IMG/VR virus record: IMGVR_UViG_3300026522_001173
Origin: an uncultured virus (IMG/VR IMGVR_UViG_3300026522_001173)
Lineage: Duplodnaviria > Heunggongvirae > Uroviricota > Caudoviricetes
DNA: 64,000 bases
Reading direction: 5' to 3' (one strand)
Positions 27,992 through 37,775 of this stretch are shown piece by piece; position 1 is the stretch's first letter; every line of letters starts with the position of its first letter. The notes below the pieces were generated by a model. That model was given only the letters and a program-made list of their open reading frames with translations. It had not been told where the DNA came from and did not search any database. Both the position numbers and the translations under genes were made by a program.

Positions 27992-29815
27992 TCACTTTGA
28001 AACGTCACACTGCAGCGTAACAAGGCTGTCGATATCGGCAGCCGACAGATAGATGACCTTTCCGGTTTTTCCGAATGTCATAGCATTCCCGTCCTTGTCC
28101 TGGGCATACCAGGTATAGGTGAGGGATTGCTTTTCCGTTGCGGCTTTCCATGCGGAGCCGTTATATTTCATCAGTGTGACTTTCTTTCCGCTGTGGTCGA
28201 CCTGATACCAGAAGTCCCCGGATGCCGGAGAGGAAGGAGCCGTCTCGCTGATATTGCCCATCAGAGGATCGACCTCCTTCTGGTTGGTACGAACGATGAT
28301 ATACGGCACTACGCCGCCGAGATTATTCTTAACGGTAAAGCCGCCGATGGAGAGCATCTCCGAAACATACGGATCGGACTTATCTTCCACAGTAATAACA
28401 TCCACATAATTCTTGCTCGAATAGGTCATAGTACAGCGGTAGGACTGGACATTCACTATATCAGAACCGTTGACAGTCAGAGTTGAAGCTGTCGCGCCAC
28501 TGATATTCGTCCATGAGCCGCTGACATATTTTGCCCACTGATATGTGCCTGTGGTGATAGCCGTTGTGCCGCTGTAAGCAGATGTGGCAAGCTGCAGTGA
28601 ACCGGACTGATTCTGCACGACTGTTCCGTTCGGTGCATATACTGAGAAAACCACAGCGGACGTACCGTTTGACCCTCTCACGGATTTAGACCATGCAAAG
28701 TTCTTCTTGATGGTCGCGCCGGACAGCGAAAAACTCAGTTCAATGACTCCGTTGTAAGTGGTCTTGCTGCCGAGCGTACCGTTTGCGGCAAAGGTCAAAA
28801 CAACTGAGCCTGCCGCTGTTGCCGTGGCAGCTGTGTTGGATTTAAGGGTAACGCCGGAAGGCAGTGTCCCCGGAGTGCAGGTACAAGCCGTCTGCGTAAT
28901 GCCGACATACCCGGTAAATGGAATAGTGACATCCACCGCTGCCTGGACCACACCGGCGGCTGTGCAGGCTATGGTCTGCGCTTCGTTTCCGAGGATAATG
29001 GAAAGACCGCCCTTTCCGGCTGTTCCCGGATCACCCTTGCCGCCCTGATCGCCCTTCGCTCCGTCATAGAGTTTGGAGATAGTGACGGTATCATAGACGT
29101 TGCTGTCGCTTGTCAGCAGCTTTATCTGCGCTACATTGCTCACAAATACAGCGTGGGCAGGCTTTACCACAAGTGTTCCGCTCGTGATATTGGCATTATC
29201 CGTGGTAGTCGGATAATCCGCCCATTTGCCGGAACTGTTCTTATACTGCCATTTGCTGATGGTCACACCCTGTATCTGCGCCGACAGGGTTGCCTGGGAC
29301 GCGCCCACGAGCGAGGAACTCGTGTCGTACTTGAACACATAGGTGTCCGAGGTCACATAGGCAAGACGGGCATTCTCGGCGTTCTTCACCAGCGTATAGG
29401 TGATATCCGAAGAGATATTCACCGTATTCTTTGTTTCGGAATCATAGTAGCTGATGTAGCAGAGGTAAGTGATCATACCGCTTGCAGATGAAGCCAGAAC
29501 ATTCTTCTTGACCGTCAGCACACCGCCGGATGCAGTTTCTCCCGTCACAAGAGCCGTTTCAGAAGCGTTGCCGTCACGCCGTTTCCACTGAATCGTCAGA
29601 CCCGTAGATGTCAGCGGAACGCTCGTCTGGTCAAGGAAAATGACCGGAGTCAGCTTAAGGTTTGTTGATGCCCAGCTTGGTGCATAGGTATGCGGTAGGA
29701 CGTTCGGGTCCTCACTCTGCGTCTTCGGCAGATTAGATGTAATATATGCCGACAGCTTTCTCTGGTCTGTGATGTCCACGAAAGTCTGTTGGCTGGAAGT
29801 CAGTATAGTTGCCAT
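27992..29815 (-). CDS. Tail structural protein with Ig-like repeats and short collagen-like segment
   Basis: IQWKR, YQWAK and YRC repeats; GAKGDQGGKGDPGTAG segment. Confidence 0.75.
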   Translation of the reverse strand: MATILTSSQQTFVDITDQRKLSAYITSNLPKTQSEDPNVLPHTYAPSWASTNLKLTPVIFLDQTSVPLTSTGLTIQWKRRDGNASETALVTGETASGGVLTVKKNVLASSASGMITYLCYISYYDSETKNTVNISSDITYTLVKNAENARLAYVTSDTYVFKYDTSSSLVGASQATLSAQIQGVTISKWQYKNSSGKWADYPTTTDNANITSGTLVVKPAHAVFVSNVAQIKLLTSDSNVYDTVTISKLYDGAKGDQGGKGDPGTAGKGGLSIILGNEAQTIACTAAGVVQAAVDVTIPFTGYVGITQTACTCTPGTLPSGVTLKSNTAATATAAGSVVLTFAANGTLGSKTTYNGVIELSFSLSGATIKKNFAWSKSVRGSNGTSAVVFSVYAPNGTVVQNQSGSLQLATSAYSGTTAITTGTYQWAKYVSGSWTNISGATASTLTVNGSDIVNVQSYRCTMTYSSKNYVDVITVEDKSDPYVSEMLSIGGFTVKNNLGGVVPYIIVRTNQKEVDPLMGNISETAPSSPASGDFWYQVDHSGKKVTLMKYNGSAWKAATEKQSLTYTWYAQDKDGNAMTFGKTGKVIYLSAADIDSLVTLQCDVSK

Positions 29816-29830
29816 TTATTTCTCCTCCTG

Positions 29831-31288
29831 TCAGATAGTGATTTCGCAATAAAAGGATGCGTTATCCTGCACATCCTCAGTCGTAACGATGATGGATTTC
29901 ATTCCTTTGTGGGCATTGTCCCATTCAGCATCAGTCTCCTCATTGCCGGAATACCTGTGCCAGTTGAAAGATGATGCGTCAAGTCTGCCAGTGATATCTG
30001 TATCCCAGGAATAGACCTTGCACCGCATTCTGCTCTGCTGGCCTTTATCCCGAAAGATGTTCACTCCATCCACCACAAGCTCCGTGCGATACATCTTTGC
30101 GTCTGTGATCTCATCTACCTTGCCGTAGATGATCTCTATCTTTTCGGTCTTGCCGAGCAAGTCCTCTGTCAGGTCGGTTATATTTTGACCTTGTCGGGCA
30201 GATGCGGAGGACAGCGTGATACCGCTTGCTCCGATCGTGATAGTATTGCCGGAAGGATTAAGGTAGTCTATCGTTCTGCTCATACATAGAAAGGTACCGT
30301 AAATCCCGTGAGGCTTTGAGATGCACTTTACATACATCCTCGCCCTGATATCCCCGATATCCGCTCCGGCATCGGACTCATCCACAATGGTCAGTTCCAT
30401 TGAGGTGATACCCTTGGACAGTTCCTGCATTCGAGCCTTTGCTTTACGCAGAAGATTTCCGGGAAGTGTAACATCCTCCCAGACCTCGCTTGTCCAGATC
30501 CAGCCGATCTCAGAAACGGCGTCATCGTCACAGACATAGTTTTTACCGTCATTGACGGAAGTGATATCCACCCTTTTATCGGTTTCAATCTCCTGACCCT
30601 CTGCATTCTTTTCCTTGATTTTCGCACCGAGCGGGATAAGCGCAGTGGCTCTTTCCGTATGGTCGCGGCTGATTTTCACATCAAGAAGGTTCTTTCCAAA
30701 CTCGACTGTCTGAAGAGAAGTCAGATTAAAATCGGCAAGGTAATCCAGGTACTTTCCGTCCTTTTCATAGCGCACCTGCAGATAGCCGCCGTGAGTGTTA
30801 ATGAGTTTGCTTTTTATCGCATCAAGTGTCACGGAGTAAGAGGTGCTGCTGTAAGAGATATAGTCGTTATCGTCCGTTACCGTTACATTGCCGATCTTGA
30901 ATTTCTTTTTCTCTTCGACTGCAGCATTATGTTTGGATATGAAGTATTCCAGCAGTCCGCGGAGCGTTCCCTTGTAAGAGTACGGCGGCTGCATGGTGTC
31001 CTTGAGATACGCAAGGCAGGATTCGCAAGTCCATGTGTGGGTGTTATAAAAATCCGTGCCGTCATCCAGGGCTCTGCCTTCAAATACCGTTTCATCGTCT
31101 TTCTTGCAGACGATAACAGACTGCATCGGCTTGATGCTGTCAATATACGGATGGTTATGCGGAGCGGACAATGTCAGGCTGTCAATGTTCTCTGCATCCT
31201 CCGTGATTTTTGCTTCGGTCACCGCAAGCTGTGACAGGTTCGGATGATAGAATACCGCACCGTCCACAAATACACGAAAGGTACTCAT
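29831..31288 (-). CDS. Tal / tail endopeptidase-like baseplate hub protein
   Basis: FEGR, CES.LAYL.D, GGYL.VR..YLDY and FGKNLLD...TALIPLG motifs; follows Dit. Confidence 0.85.
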   Translation of the reverse strand: MSTFRVFVDGAVFYHPNLSQLAVTEAKITEDAENIDSLTLSAPHNHPYIDSIKPMQSVIVCKKDDETVFEGRALDDGTDFYNTHTWTCESCLAYLKDTMQPPYSYKGTLRGLLEYFISKHNAAVEEKKKFKIGNVTVTDDNDYISYSSTSYSVTLDAIKSKLINTHGGYLQVRYEKDGKYLDYLADFNLTSLQTVEFGKNLLDVKISRDHTERATALIPLGAKIKEKNAEGQEIETDKRVDITSVNDGKNYVCDDDAVSEIGWIWTSEVWEDVTLPGNLLRKAKARMQELSKGITSMELTIVDESDAGADIGDIRARMYVKCISKPHGIYGTFLCMSRTIDYLNPSGNTITIGASGITLSSASARQGQNITDLTEDLLGKTEKIEIIYGKVDEITDAKMYRTELVVDGVNIFRDKGQQSRMRCKVYSWDTDITGRLDASSFNWHRYSGNEETDAEWDNAHKGMKSIIVTTEDVQDNASFYCEITI

Positions 31289-31935
31289 AGGCGTCCCTCC
31301 CTGTAAGTGAAGGTGGTCGTTCCGGTTCCGGTTAAGGTGACTGCATTCATTCCGCTTTGCAGTTCCAGTTCAGGGAATATCCATTCTCCGGCACTGACTG
31401 ATTTACGGAAAGAGTCGCTGCCTATTTTCCATGCAAACGCTGTTTCTGCCGTGGTTTTTATCTTCGGTACAACAGGCATAAAGTCATTGGACAGAGTGAC
31501 CTTGCCGCCACCTGTCTTGGTAACAACGGTCTCCTCAGTGTGATAGCGATAGGCATCCCCGTCTTCACAGGAGAAGACAATCTGCCCTTTGCCAGTCAGC
31601 GGATCATAAGACGGTTCGGCTTCAACCGTTCCGACAGCATACAGATCAGTTTCTTCACTCAAAATCACCTTTACAAGCCTGCCTGAGAAACGGTTGATGA
31701 CTTCTGTTGACATTGCATTGAACCGCTCTCTGTCACCAAGCATGGTGAGTGTAACGGTAAAGCTGCGCTGCTGGTAAGATACTCTGCCCAAAGCCTCGGT
31801 AAAGCGTATCGGGGAATCTCTTCCCGGTACAACAACTGTATCCGACTGAGACTTCGGAGCAGGAAAGCTAATGCTCTCACGAAGCCAGCCGAGATCGTTC
31901 ATCGATATTCCGTTAAATGATATATCCGGTTTCAT
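31285..31935 (-). CDS. Distal tail protein (Dit)
   Basis: VPGRD..TEALG..Y..R and YREG.L motifs; directly after the tape measure gene. Confidence 0.8.
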   Translation of the reverse strand: MKPDISFNGISMNDLGWLRESISFPAPKSQSDTVVVPGRDSPIRFTEALGRVSYQQRSFTVTLTMLGDRERFNAMSTEVINRFSGRLVKVILSEETDLYAVGTVEAEPSYDPLTGKGQIVFSCEDGDAYRYHTEETVVTKTGGGKVTLSNDFMPVVPKIKTTAETAFAWKIGSDSFRKSVSAGEWIFPELELQSGMNAVTLTGTGTTTFTYREGRL

Positions 31936-34900
31936 AGTGAGAGCCTCCTGTTCAGTTTCTGCTGTTTGCCGAGTCCGCTGTCGATTGCCGGAAGCAGATG
32001 CCCCACAAGCGTACCGTCCTCAAGGTATATGCCCTTGGAGGAATTGTCCGCGATAATGGCGAGGTATTTCTCCATGCCGCTCATGTTCAGCTTGCTGTCG
32101 AGCATGGCGGACAGCTGATCGTAGAATCCCTTCAGAGGCAGAATTGCCTCTGCACCCGCCTCGCCGCCTGCCATCAAAGAACTGCCGTTAAGACCGAACA
32201 TAGTAGGTTTGGTCATAATACCGCCTTCCTTGTACCACTGAATCGAGAAGTGCGGAACGGACGGCGGAGCAATCGAGAACGACCCGGTAATGGAGAGGTG
32301 CGGCAGTTTCAGCTTCGGCAGAGACCAGGAGAAGTTGAAAAAGCCCTTGATCCTGTCGATAGCGTTCTTGACTGCATCCCTTGCCGCATTGATCGGAGTG
32401 GTGATAGCGGTTTTAATCGCATTCCATACCGATGTGACCGTTGATTTTATGCCGTTAAATATATTGCTGACGGTAGTTTTCACAGTATTGAATGCCGTGG
32501 ATACTGCGTTCTTGATACCGTTCACTACAGTGGAAATCGTGTTCTTGATACCGTTCCACACTGTACTGACTGTATTTTTGATGGCATTCAGCACGGTAGT
32601 AACAGTCGTCTTGATGGCGTTCCAGGCAGTTGTGACCGTAGTCTTGATGGTGTTTACCACCGTGGTCACTGTCTGCTTTATGGCATTCCACACGGTCGTA
32701 AACACCGTTTTTATGGCATTTAGCACCGTGGTAACAACTGTTTTTATTGCATTCCAGACCGTTTCAATGGTGGTCTTTATGGCATCCATCACTGTCGTGA
32801 CCGCCGTTTTTATCGCATCCCATGCTGTGGTAAAGGCTGTTTTCAGTGCTTCAAGGATCGGTGTCAGGAAGGCAACGATAGCATTCCACACATTTGTGAT
32901 GGTAGTATTGATGGTTTCAATGACCGTCCTGACCGTATCGCAGATACCGTTCCATATTCCTGTGAAGAACTCAGCTATACCAGTCAGCACTCCCGTGATA
33001 AATAGAACGATGGAATTCCAAATGCCCACAAAGAAATCCTTGATAGCGTTCCAGATATTAATGAAGAAGGATTTTATACCTTCCCACAGCGCACCCCAGT
33101 CACCGTCAAATTTCTCGATCTCAACTCCGAATAGGGAGAATATGGCTCTGAACGGGATAAGCAGTGCATTGATAACACCTGTGAACAGATCTGAAAGTCC
33201 CTGCAGGAATACAGTCCAGTCACCGTCCTTAAAGCCCTTGATAAGACCCACGATAATCTGGATCACACCGCCCACAACATCAATAACACTTTCGATACTG
33301 TCTCCGATGGACTGGATAACTGCCGTCACCAGCGGCTCTAATGTATTGCACAGCCAGTCCCATGCAGCGGAAATTGCCTGTCCAAGGTCATCAAAGGAAA
33401 AGCCCAGAGAGTTGATGGCGCTTAATATTTTGTCTGCCATCTGGGAGAATTTCGCCTTGACGCTCTCCCAGATACCGATGACCTTGTTACGGAATTCCTC
33501 GTTGTTCTTCCATAAATGCACAAAAGCCGCAGTAAGCAATGCTACCACTGCAATGATTGCCCAACCGATAGGGCCTATTCCGGCAATGGCTGCAGCCAGT
33601 TTCCCGCCTGCGCCTACACCCATTTTCGCCTGGTTTACAAAGGTCAATATGCCTTTTCCCATTTTGGAGAATGCCTGCATACCCTGTCCGATACCCGTGG
33701 TGAGTTTTCCGAATACCACAAGTGCGGGACCGATTGCAGCCACCACGAGGCCGATCTTCACAATGGTTTCCTGCTGGGCAGGCGTTAAGGCATTGAACTT
33801 ATCGACCAGTTTCTGTATGGCATCAGTCACTTTTGTGATGGTCGGCGCAAGTGCCTCACCTATGGAAGTCATGAGGACATCGATAGAACTCTTCAGCTTT
33901 TCCAGGGAACCTCCGAAACCGCTCATCATGGCCTGGGCCATTTCTTCTGTAGTTCCGGCACAGTTCTCGAGTGAATCATTCAGCGCGTCCACATCGCCGG
34001 GAGCCGTATTGATAAGCGCCAGCCACGGTGCCATCTGGTTCTTGCCAAAGATGGCAGATGCCGCCGCGATCTGCTCTGACTCAGATAGTTTTCCGAATGC
34101 CTCATGCAGTTCCCTCTGGATGGTCACGGAATCTTTCATCGTGCCATCTGCATTGGTAACGGAGATACCAAGTTCCGCCATTTTCTCCGCGCCTTCTTTG
34201 GCAGGAGATATCAGACGGGCAAGACCTGTCTTTAAGGAGTTAGCCGCCTTGTCTGCATCGATACCGTTGTTTGCCATTACACCCATGTAAAGGGCTGCAT
34301 CATTCACGGAATATCCGGCTGCGGAAAAGATAGGCGCTGCCACCGACATGGCATTCGACAGGCTGTCTACATCAAGTGCGGAATTGTTGCAGGCTGCAGC
34401 AAATACATCCGCATACTTTCCGGCATCATCAAAACTGCCGTGGAAACCGTTGATCGTTGCCACAAGCCCGGCGGATACCGTATCCAGGTTACCGCCTTCG
34501 CCTGCCGCAAGGTTCATGGACGGTGCAAGCGCAGATGCAGCCTGCTCCGCATTCAGTCCGGCACGGGCAAAGTTCAATGTCGCAGTGGCGGCATCGTTCA
34601 TACCGAAGGTGGAGTTGGCGGCAGCCTCTTTCATGGCCTTGTTCAGAAGCTCCGCCTCTTCCTCGGTATTGCCCATCGTCTTGTTGGTAAGCTGCATGGT
34701 CTTATCGACTTCAGCGAAACTCTTAGCCCCGGCAACACCAACTGCTACAAGCGGAAGCGTCACATGTGTGGTGAGGTCCTGCCCTACGGCGGTCATCTTA
34801 CCGCCGACTTCCTCGAACTTCTTACCGACCGCATCGATCTTGTTCAAGGTCTCGTTTGCCTCGGCAGCCTCCCGGATGAGATTTTTCAGTTCCTGCTCGG

Positions 34901-35219
34901 TCTCTACGATCTCCCTCTGCAGGGCATCGTATTTGTCTTTTCCGAGATCACCGGATTCAAGCTGCTGTTTCGCCTGTTCCTGGGCAGTTTTCAGGGCATC
35001 CAGTTTTTCCTTGGTCGCACCAATCTTTTCCTTTAAGACCGCCTGTTTCTGCGAGAGCAGTTCTGTATTGGTAGGGTCCAGTTTCAGCAGTTTATTGATA
35101 TCCTTCAGCTGTGACTGGGTGCTTTTGATGGTGGAATTGACCCCTTTTAATGCTTTGTCCAGACCTGTGGTATCGCCGCCGATCTCTACTGTAATACCCT
35201 TTATCCTGCTGCCTGCCAT
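31932..35219 (-). CDS. Tail tape measure protein (TP901 family core)
   Basis: RIKGITVEIGGDTT, TP901-type core, 11-aa Trp repeats and WY..GG C-terminus. Confidence 0.95.
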   Translation of the reverse strand: MAGSRIKGITVEIGGDTTGLDKALKGVNSTIKSTQSQLKDINKLLKLDPTNTELLSQKQAVLKEKIGATKEKLDALKTAQEQAKQQLESGDLGKDKYDALQREIVETEQELKNLIREAAEANETLNKIDAVGKKFEEVGGKMTAVGQDLTTHVTLPLVAVGVAGAKSFAEVDKTMQLTNKTMGNTEEEAELLNKAMKEAAANSTFGMNDAATATLNFARAGLNAEQAASALAPSMNLAAGEGGNLDTVSAGLVATINGFHGSFDDAGKYADVFAAACNNSALDVDSLSNAMSVAAPIFSAAGYSVNDAALYMGVMANNGIDADKAANSLKTGLARLISPAKEGAEKMAELGISVTNADGTMKDSVTIQRELHEAFGKLSESEQIAAASAIFGKNQMAPWLALINTAPGDVDALNDSLENCAGTTEEMAQAMMSGFGGSLEKLKSSIDVLMTSIGEALAPTITKVTDAIQKLVDKFNALTPAQQETIVKIGLVVAAIGPALVVFGKLTTGIGQGMQAFSKMGKGILTFVNQAKMGVGAGGKLAAAIAGIGPIGWAIIAVVALLTAAFVHLWKNNEEFRNKVIGIWESVKAKFSQMADKILSAINSLGFSFDDLGQAISAAWDWLCNTLEPLVTAVIQSIGDSIESVIDVVGGVIQIIVGLIKGFKDGDWTVFLQGLSDLFTGVINALLIPFRAIFSLFGVEIEKFDGDWGALWEGIKSFFINIWNAIKDFFVGIWNSIVLFITGVLTGIAEFFTGIWNGICDTVRTVIETINTTITNVWNAIVAFLTPILEALKTAFTTAWDAIKTAVTTVMDAIKTTIETVWNAIKTVVTTVLNAIKTVFTTVWNAIKQTVTTVVNTIKTTVTTAWNAIKTTVTTVLNAIKNTVSTVWNGIKNTISTVVNGIKNAVSTAFNTVKTTVSNIFNGIKSTVTSVWNAIKTAITTPINAARDAVKNAIDRIKGFFNFSWSLPKLKLPHLSITGSFSIAPPSVPHFSIQWYKEGGIMTKPTMFGLNGSSLMAGGEAGAEAILPLKGFYDQLSAMLDSKLNMSGMEKYLAIIADNSSKGIYLEDGTLVGHLLPAIDSGLGKQQKLNRRLSL

Positions 35220-35239
35220 CTGATCACCTCCCTCGCAGC

Positions 35240-35404
35240 TTAAAATTTGTCAAAATCACTCTGGTCGGCTATGCGCCGATACTTCACGCCGTCATTGGAC
35301 TTTTCCGTCCAGATATCGAGAACAAGCCCGATCGTAAGAAGGTCGAGATCCGCAATAGAGATCCCGACCTCCGTGCAGCGCAGAAGGAACAGCGGCGTGG
35401 TCAT
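35240..35404 (-). CDS. Tail assembly chaperone -1 frameshift extension (gpT-like)
   Basis: MTTPLFLLRC...DQSDFDKF is in the -1 frame of the upstream chaperone after A AAA AAA at 35428-35434. Confidence 0.8.
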   Translation of the reverse strand: MTTPLFLLRCTEVGISIADLDLLTIGLVLDIWTEKSNDGVKYRRIADQSDFDKF

Positions 35405-35775
35405 TTCCCGCTCACTTCTGCCAGTCCTTTTTTTGCCTGTACATCTGTCATGAGGTTATCGCCCCACAGTTCAAGGATCTGAGGAAGCACCTGGTAGATG
35501 GAGAACATATCAAACTGGTCGAGCCACTCATCAATAGTCTTCGGAATGGACGGATCAGCGTGGTACGCCATGATGTATGCCACGTTCTCGAAAATCTCCA
35601 GGTCTTCGATCTGCAGCTCATCGCCATTCTCCGTGCGCTTGGTATAGGACTTTTCCAGCTTGGTCAGGTCCTTGAAGATGTCCCTCTTGAATTTTGCCCG
35701 GTAAAGACGAGGCACCGTTGCCGAAGAACGGAACGGTACCTGCTTGCCGGAGATCTCAATCGTGCGTTCGATCAT
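35401..35775 (-). CDS. Tail assembly chaperone (gpG-like)
   Basis: Located between the major tail and tape measure genes; PRLYR..F.RDI and EWLDQF motifs. Confidence 0.85.
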   Translation of the reverse strand: MIERTIEISGKQVPFRSSATVPRLYRAKFKRDIFKDLTKLEKSYTKRTENGDELQIEDLEIFENVAYIMAYHADPSIPKTIDEWLDQFDMFSIYQVLPQILELWGDNLMTDVQAKKGLAEVSGK

Positions 35776-35789
35776 GGTGCGTTACCCCC

Positions 35790-36401
35790 TTAACCCTTGC
35801 TGCCGGATGTGCCGGAAGTGGATGCCGCAGCCTGCTCGGTCGGCAGATACACGGACTTATACCAGTTGTCATAGGCGGTCTTATCGGTCGTATCTCCGGT
35901 ACGCGCCTTTACAAGACCGTCCGCTCTCGGATCAGCCGTAATGGACAGCTTCTCCGTACCCGGCTCGATGGTGTCCTCCTTGGTCTCCGACTCGATGGAC
36001 GGACGGGAGGAGGTGCAGTTATAGAGGACGTGGCGGATGCAGTTCACATCGCCATCGAACTCAAAGAGCAGCGCGAACTTCACGCTCTCCGCATTGGTAC
36101 TCTTTTCGATGAGTACGCCCTTGCTATCCAGCGCCTCCTGCAGAACATCGGTGCGGAACCACTCAGGCACGAGCGCCATCTCAAGGTCACCGGAATATCC
36201 GTTGTTGGTGACGGAGCGGAAATACACGATGCCGTCCGCATAGAACGGACTGGACTCACCTTCAGCATCCAGGCTGATGCTCACCGCGCCGGGGATTGCT
36301 TTCGGTGTACCGTAGGAAAATGTGCTGACACCGTTATTAACTGTTTCCGTCAGAATGGCGGCATGGACGTTTTTCAGATTGTATTTGACTTTATTAGCCA
36401 T
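35790..36401 (-). CDS. Major tail protein (phi13 family)
   Basis: NKVKYNLKNVH, PGAV, FYAD, NNGYSGDLE and FALLFE motifs. Confidence 0.92.
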   Translation of the reverse strand: MANKVKYNLKNVHAAILTETVNNGVSTFSYGTPKAIPGAVSISLDAEGESSPFYADGIVYFRSVTNNGYSGDLEMALVPEWFRTDVLQEALDSKGVLIEKSTNAESVKFALLFEFDGDVNCIRHVLYNCTSSRPSIESETKEDTIEPGTEKLSITADPRADGLVKARTGDTTDKTAYDNWYKSVYLPTEQAAASTSGTSGSKG

Positions 36402-36404
36402 GAT

Positions 36405-36722
36405 TTAACCCTCCAGTTCAAATGAATAAAGGACCTCATAGAGTTTCTCGGTGTCGATCCATACCTCGGTCTTGTCATAAAAAATGCCGTGGCTGTCAAG
36501 CACGGCTTCGACCTTCTGTTCCACGGACGGGTCCTTTTCATCCGTGTACAGTTCGATATGGACTTCATCGACTTTGAAATACACCCGTCCATCCGCCGGG
36601 AAGTTATTGCTCCCCGGACAGAGGTAGGTGATAAAAGGCGGAGACGGCGATTCGCCCTCTGCGAAATGGTCATAGGCAGAAGGAATATCCATCTCCGATA
36701 TCAATTTCAGCAGCTTATCCAT
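36405..36722 (-). CDS. Tail terminator / head-tail joining protein
   Basis: P.AYDHF, PPFITY, ADG and IELYTD motifs; position before the major tail gene. Confidence 0.75.
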   Translation of the reverse strand: MDKLLKLISEMDIPSAYDHFAEGESPSPPFITYLCPGSNNFPADGRVYFKVDEVHIELYTDEKDPSVEQKVEAVLDSHGIFYDKTEVWIDTEKLYEVLYSFELEG

Positions 36723-37101
36723 TCTGCAGCCTCCTTGTGATCTCACGCTCCAGCTGTTCGATGCCTTGCTGCTCGGCGGGAGCAATATGGGGAATCGCCC
36801 TTGTCCTGCCGCCGTTTCGCTTGGCGTGACCGTGTTCCAGAAGATGCGCCAACTGATAGCGATTCCTGGAATACACGGTCACCTCAAGAGCGTGGGCATT
36901 TTCCTTTGTATTCTTCACCGACCAGCTTTTCGCATACTTTCCGGTCTTTACGGGAGCTCCTTCGCCGATGGCTTTTTTCACCGTGTTCCCGGCGTCCCTG
37001 ACTGCCTTTTTCATCTCATCCGATGCCATATCCGCATAATCGGTCAGCATCTCCGAGACGGTATCTGCAAGCTTATCGATGGGTATCGTTGTTCCCGACA
37101 T
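36715..37101 (-). CDS. HK97 gp10-like tail component
   Basis: APVKTG.Y.KSW, LAHLLEHGH and PHIAPA motifs. Confidence 0.85.
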   Translation of the reverse strand: MSGTTIPIDKLADTVSEMLTDYADMASDEMKKAVRDAGNTVKKAIGEGAPVKTGKYAKSWSVKNTKENAHALEVTVYSRNRYQLAHLLEHGHAKRNGGRTRAIPHIAPAEQQGIEQLEREITRRLQNG

Positions 37102-37433
37102 CACTTCCTCACTTTCCGGCACCGGAATTTGATGCCATGTTTTTTGAAGTTCAGATGGTCGATGCCGAGGATATCGTAGGCTTCTTCCTGGAAGAGAAGA
37201 CGAAAGCCTGTGGAGGTGACGGCGGCAGTTTCATTGCAGTAGCGCACCGTGACATTCATATCCGTATGCTCTACCGTTTCTCCCACGATCGCCTGTTCCT
37301 GCCCGGTTTCTCCGCTGATGGTGGCATAGCAGGAAAAGTAATCCGCCCAGGTGTTTTTATGGTTTCCGTATTTGTCCGTGACCACGGAGTTTTTCTGAAT
37401 GGTCACACGGACATTCATTGCCGCAATATCCAT
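37101..37433 (-). CDS. Head closure (head-tail adaptor) protein
   Basis: RVTIQ...D.YGN...W and YDILGID motifs; neck-module position. Confidence 0.85.
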   Translation of the reverse strand: MDIAAMNVRVTIQKNSVVTDKYGNHKNTWADYFSCYATISGETGQEQAIVGETVEHTDMNVTVRYCNETAAVTSTGFRLLFQEEAYDILGIDHLNFKKHGIKFRCRKVRK

Positions 37434-37711
37434 CAGAAAAATTCTCCTTCCCGGATACCGAACAGCATGGCACGGAGCGTAAGTGTCAGGTCATGGTGGT
37501 CAGCCTCCTCGCGATGTTCATAAAGATATGCCACCGCATACATGACGGCGATCTTTGCGACAGGTTTTTCCCGGAACTGTTCCGCATCCGTGATCCTTGC
37601 CACATCCATGCACAGGCTTTCAGCGGAGGATATGAGCTGCGTAATCAGCGCATCGTCCTCAGAGAAATCAACACGCAGATACCCTTTCATTTCTTCGGTC
37701 GTTACGATCAT
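37433..37711 (-). CDS. Head-tail connector (gp6-like)
   Basis: K.YLRVD...DDALI...AV..LYEHRE motif. Confidence 0.9.
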   Translation of the reverse strand: MIVTTEEMKGYLRVDFSEDDALITQLISSAESLCMDVARITDAEQFREKPVAKIAVMYAVAYLYEHREEADHHDLTLTLRAMLFGIREGEFF

Positions 37712-37775
37712 ATCCTCACCTCCGTAAAACAGGAGGCAGCACCATAAGATACTGCCTCCCAATTATTCTTTATAA

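Noticed and set aside
32380..33100. 33-bp periodic repeats that could suggest a CRISPR array or VNTR
   Set aside because: They encode the 11-aa Trp repeats of the tape measure protein, with no constant repeat and unique spacer structure.
32290..34290. 666-aa plus-strand ORF, and 34348-35223
   Set aside because: Antisense shadow of the repetitive tape measure gene, with no recognisable motifs.
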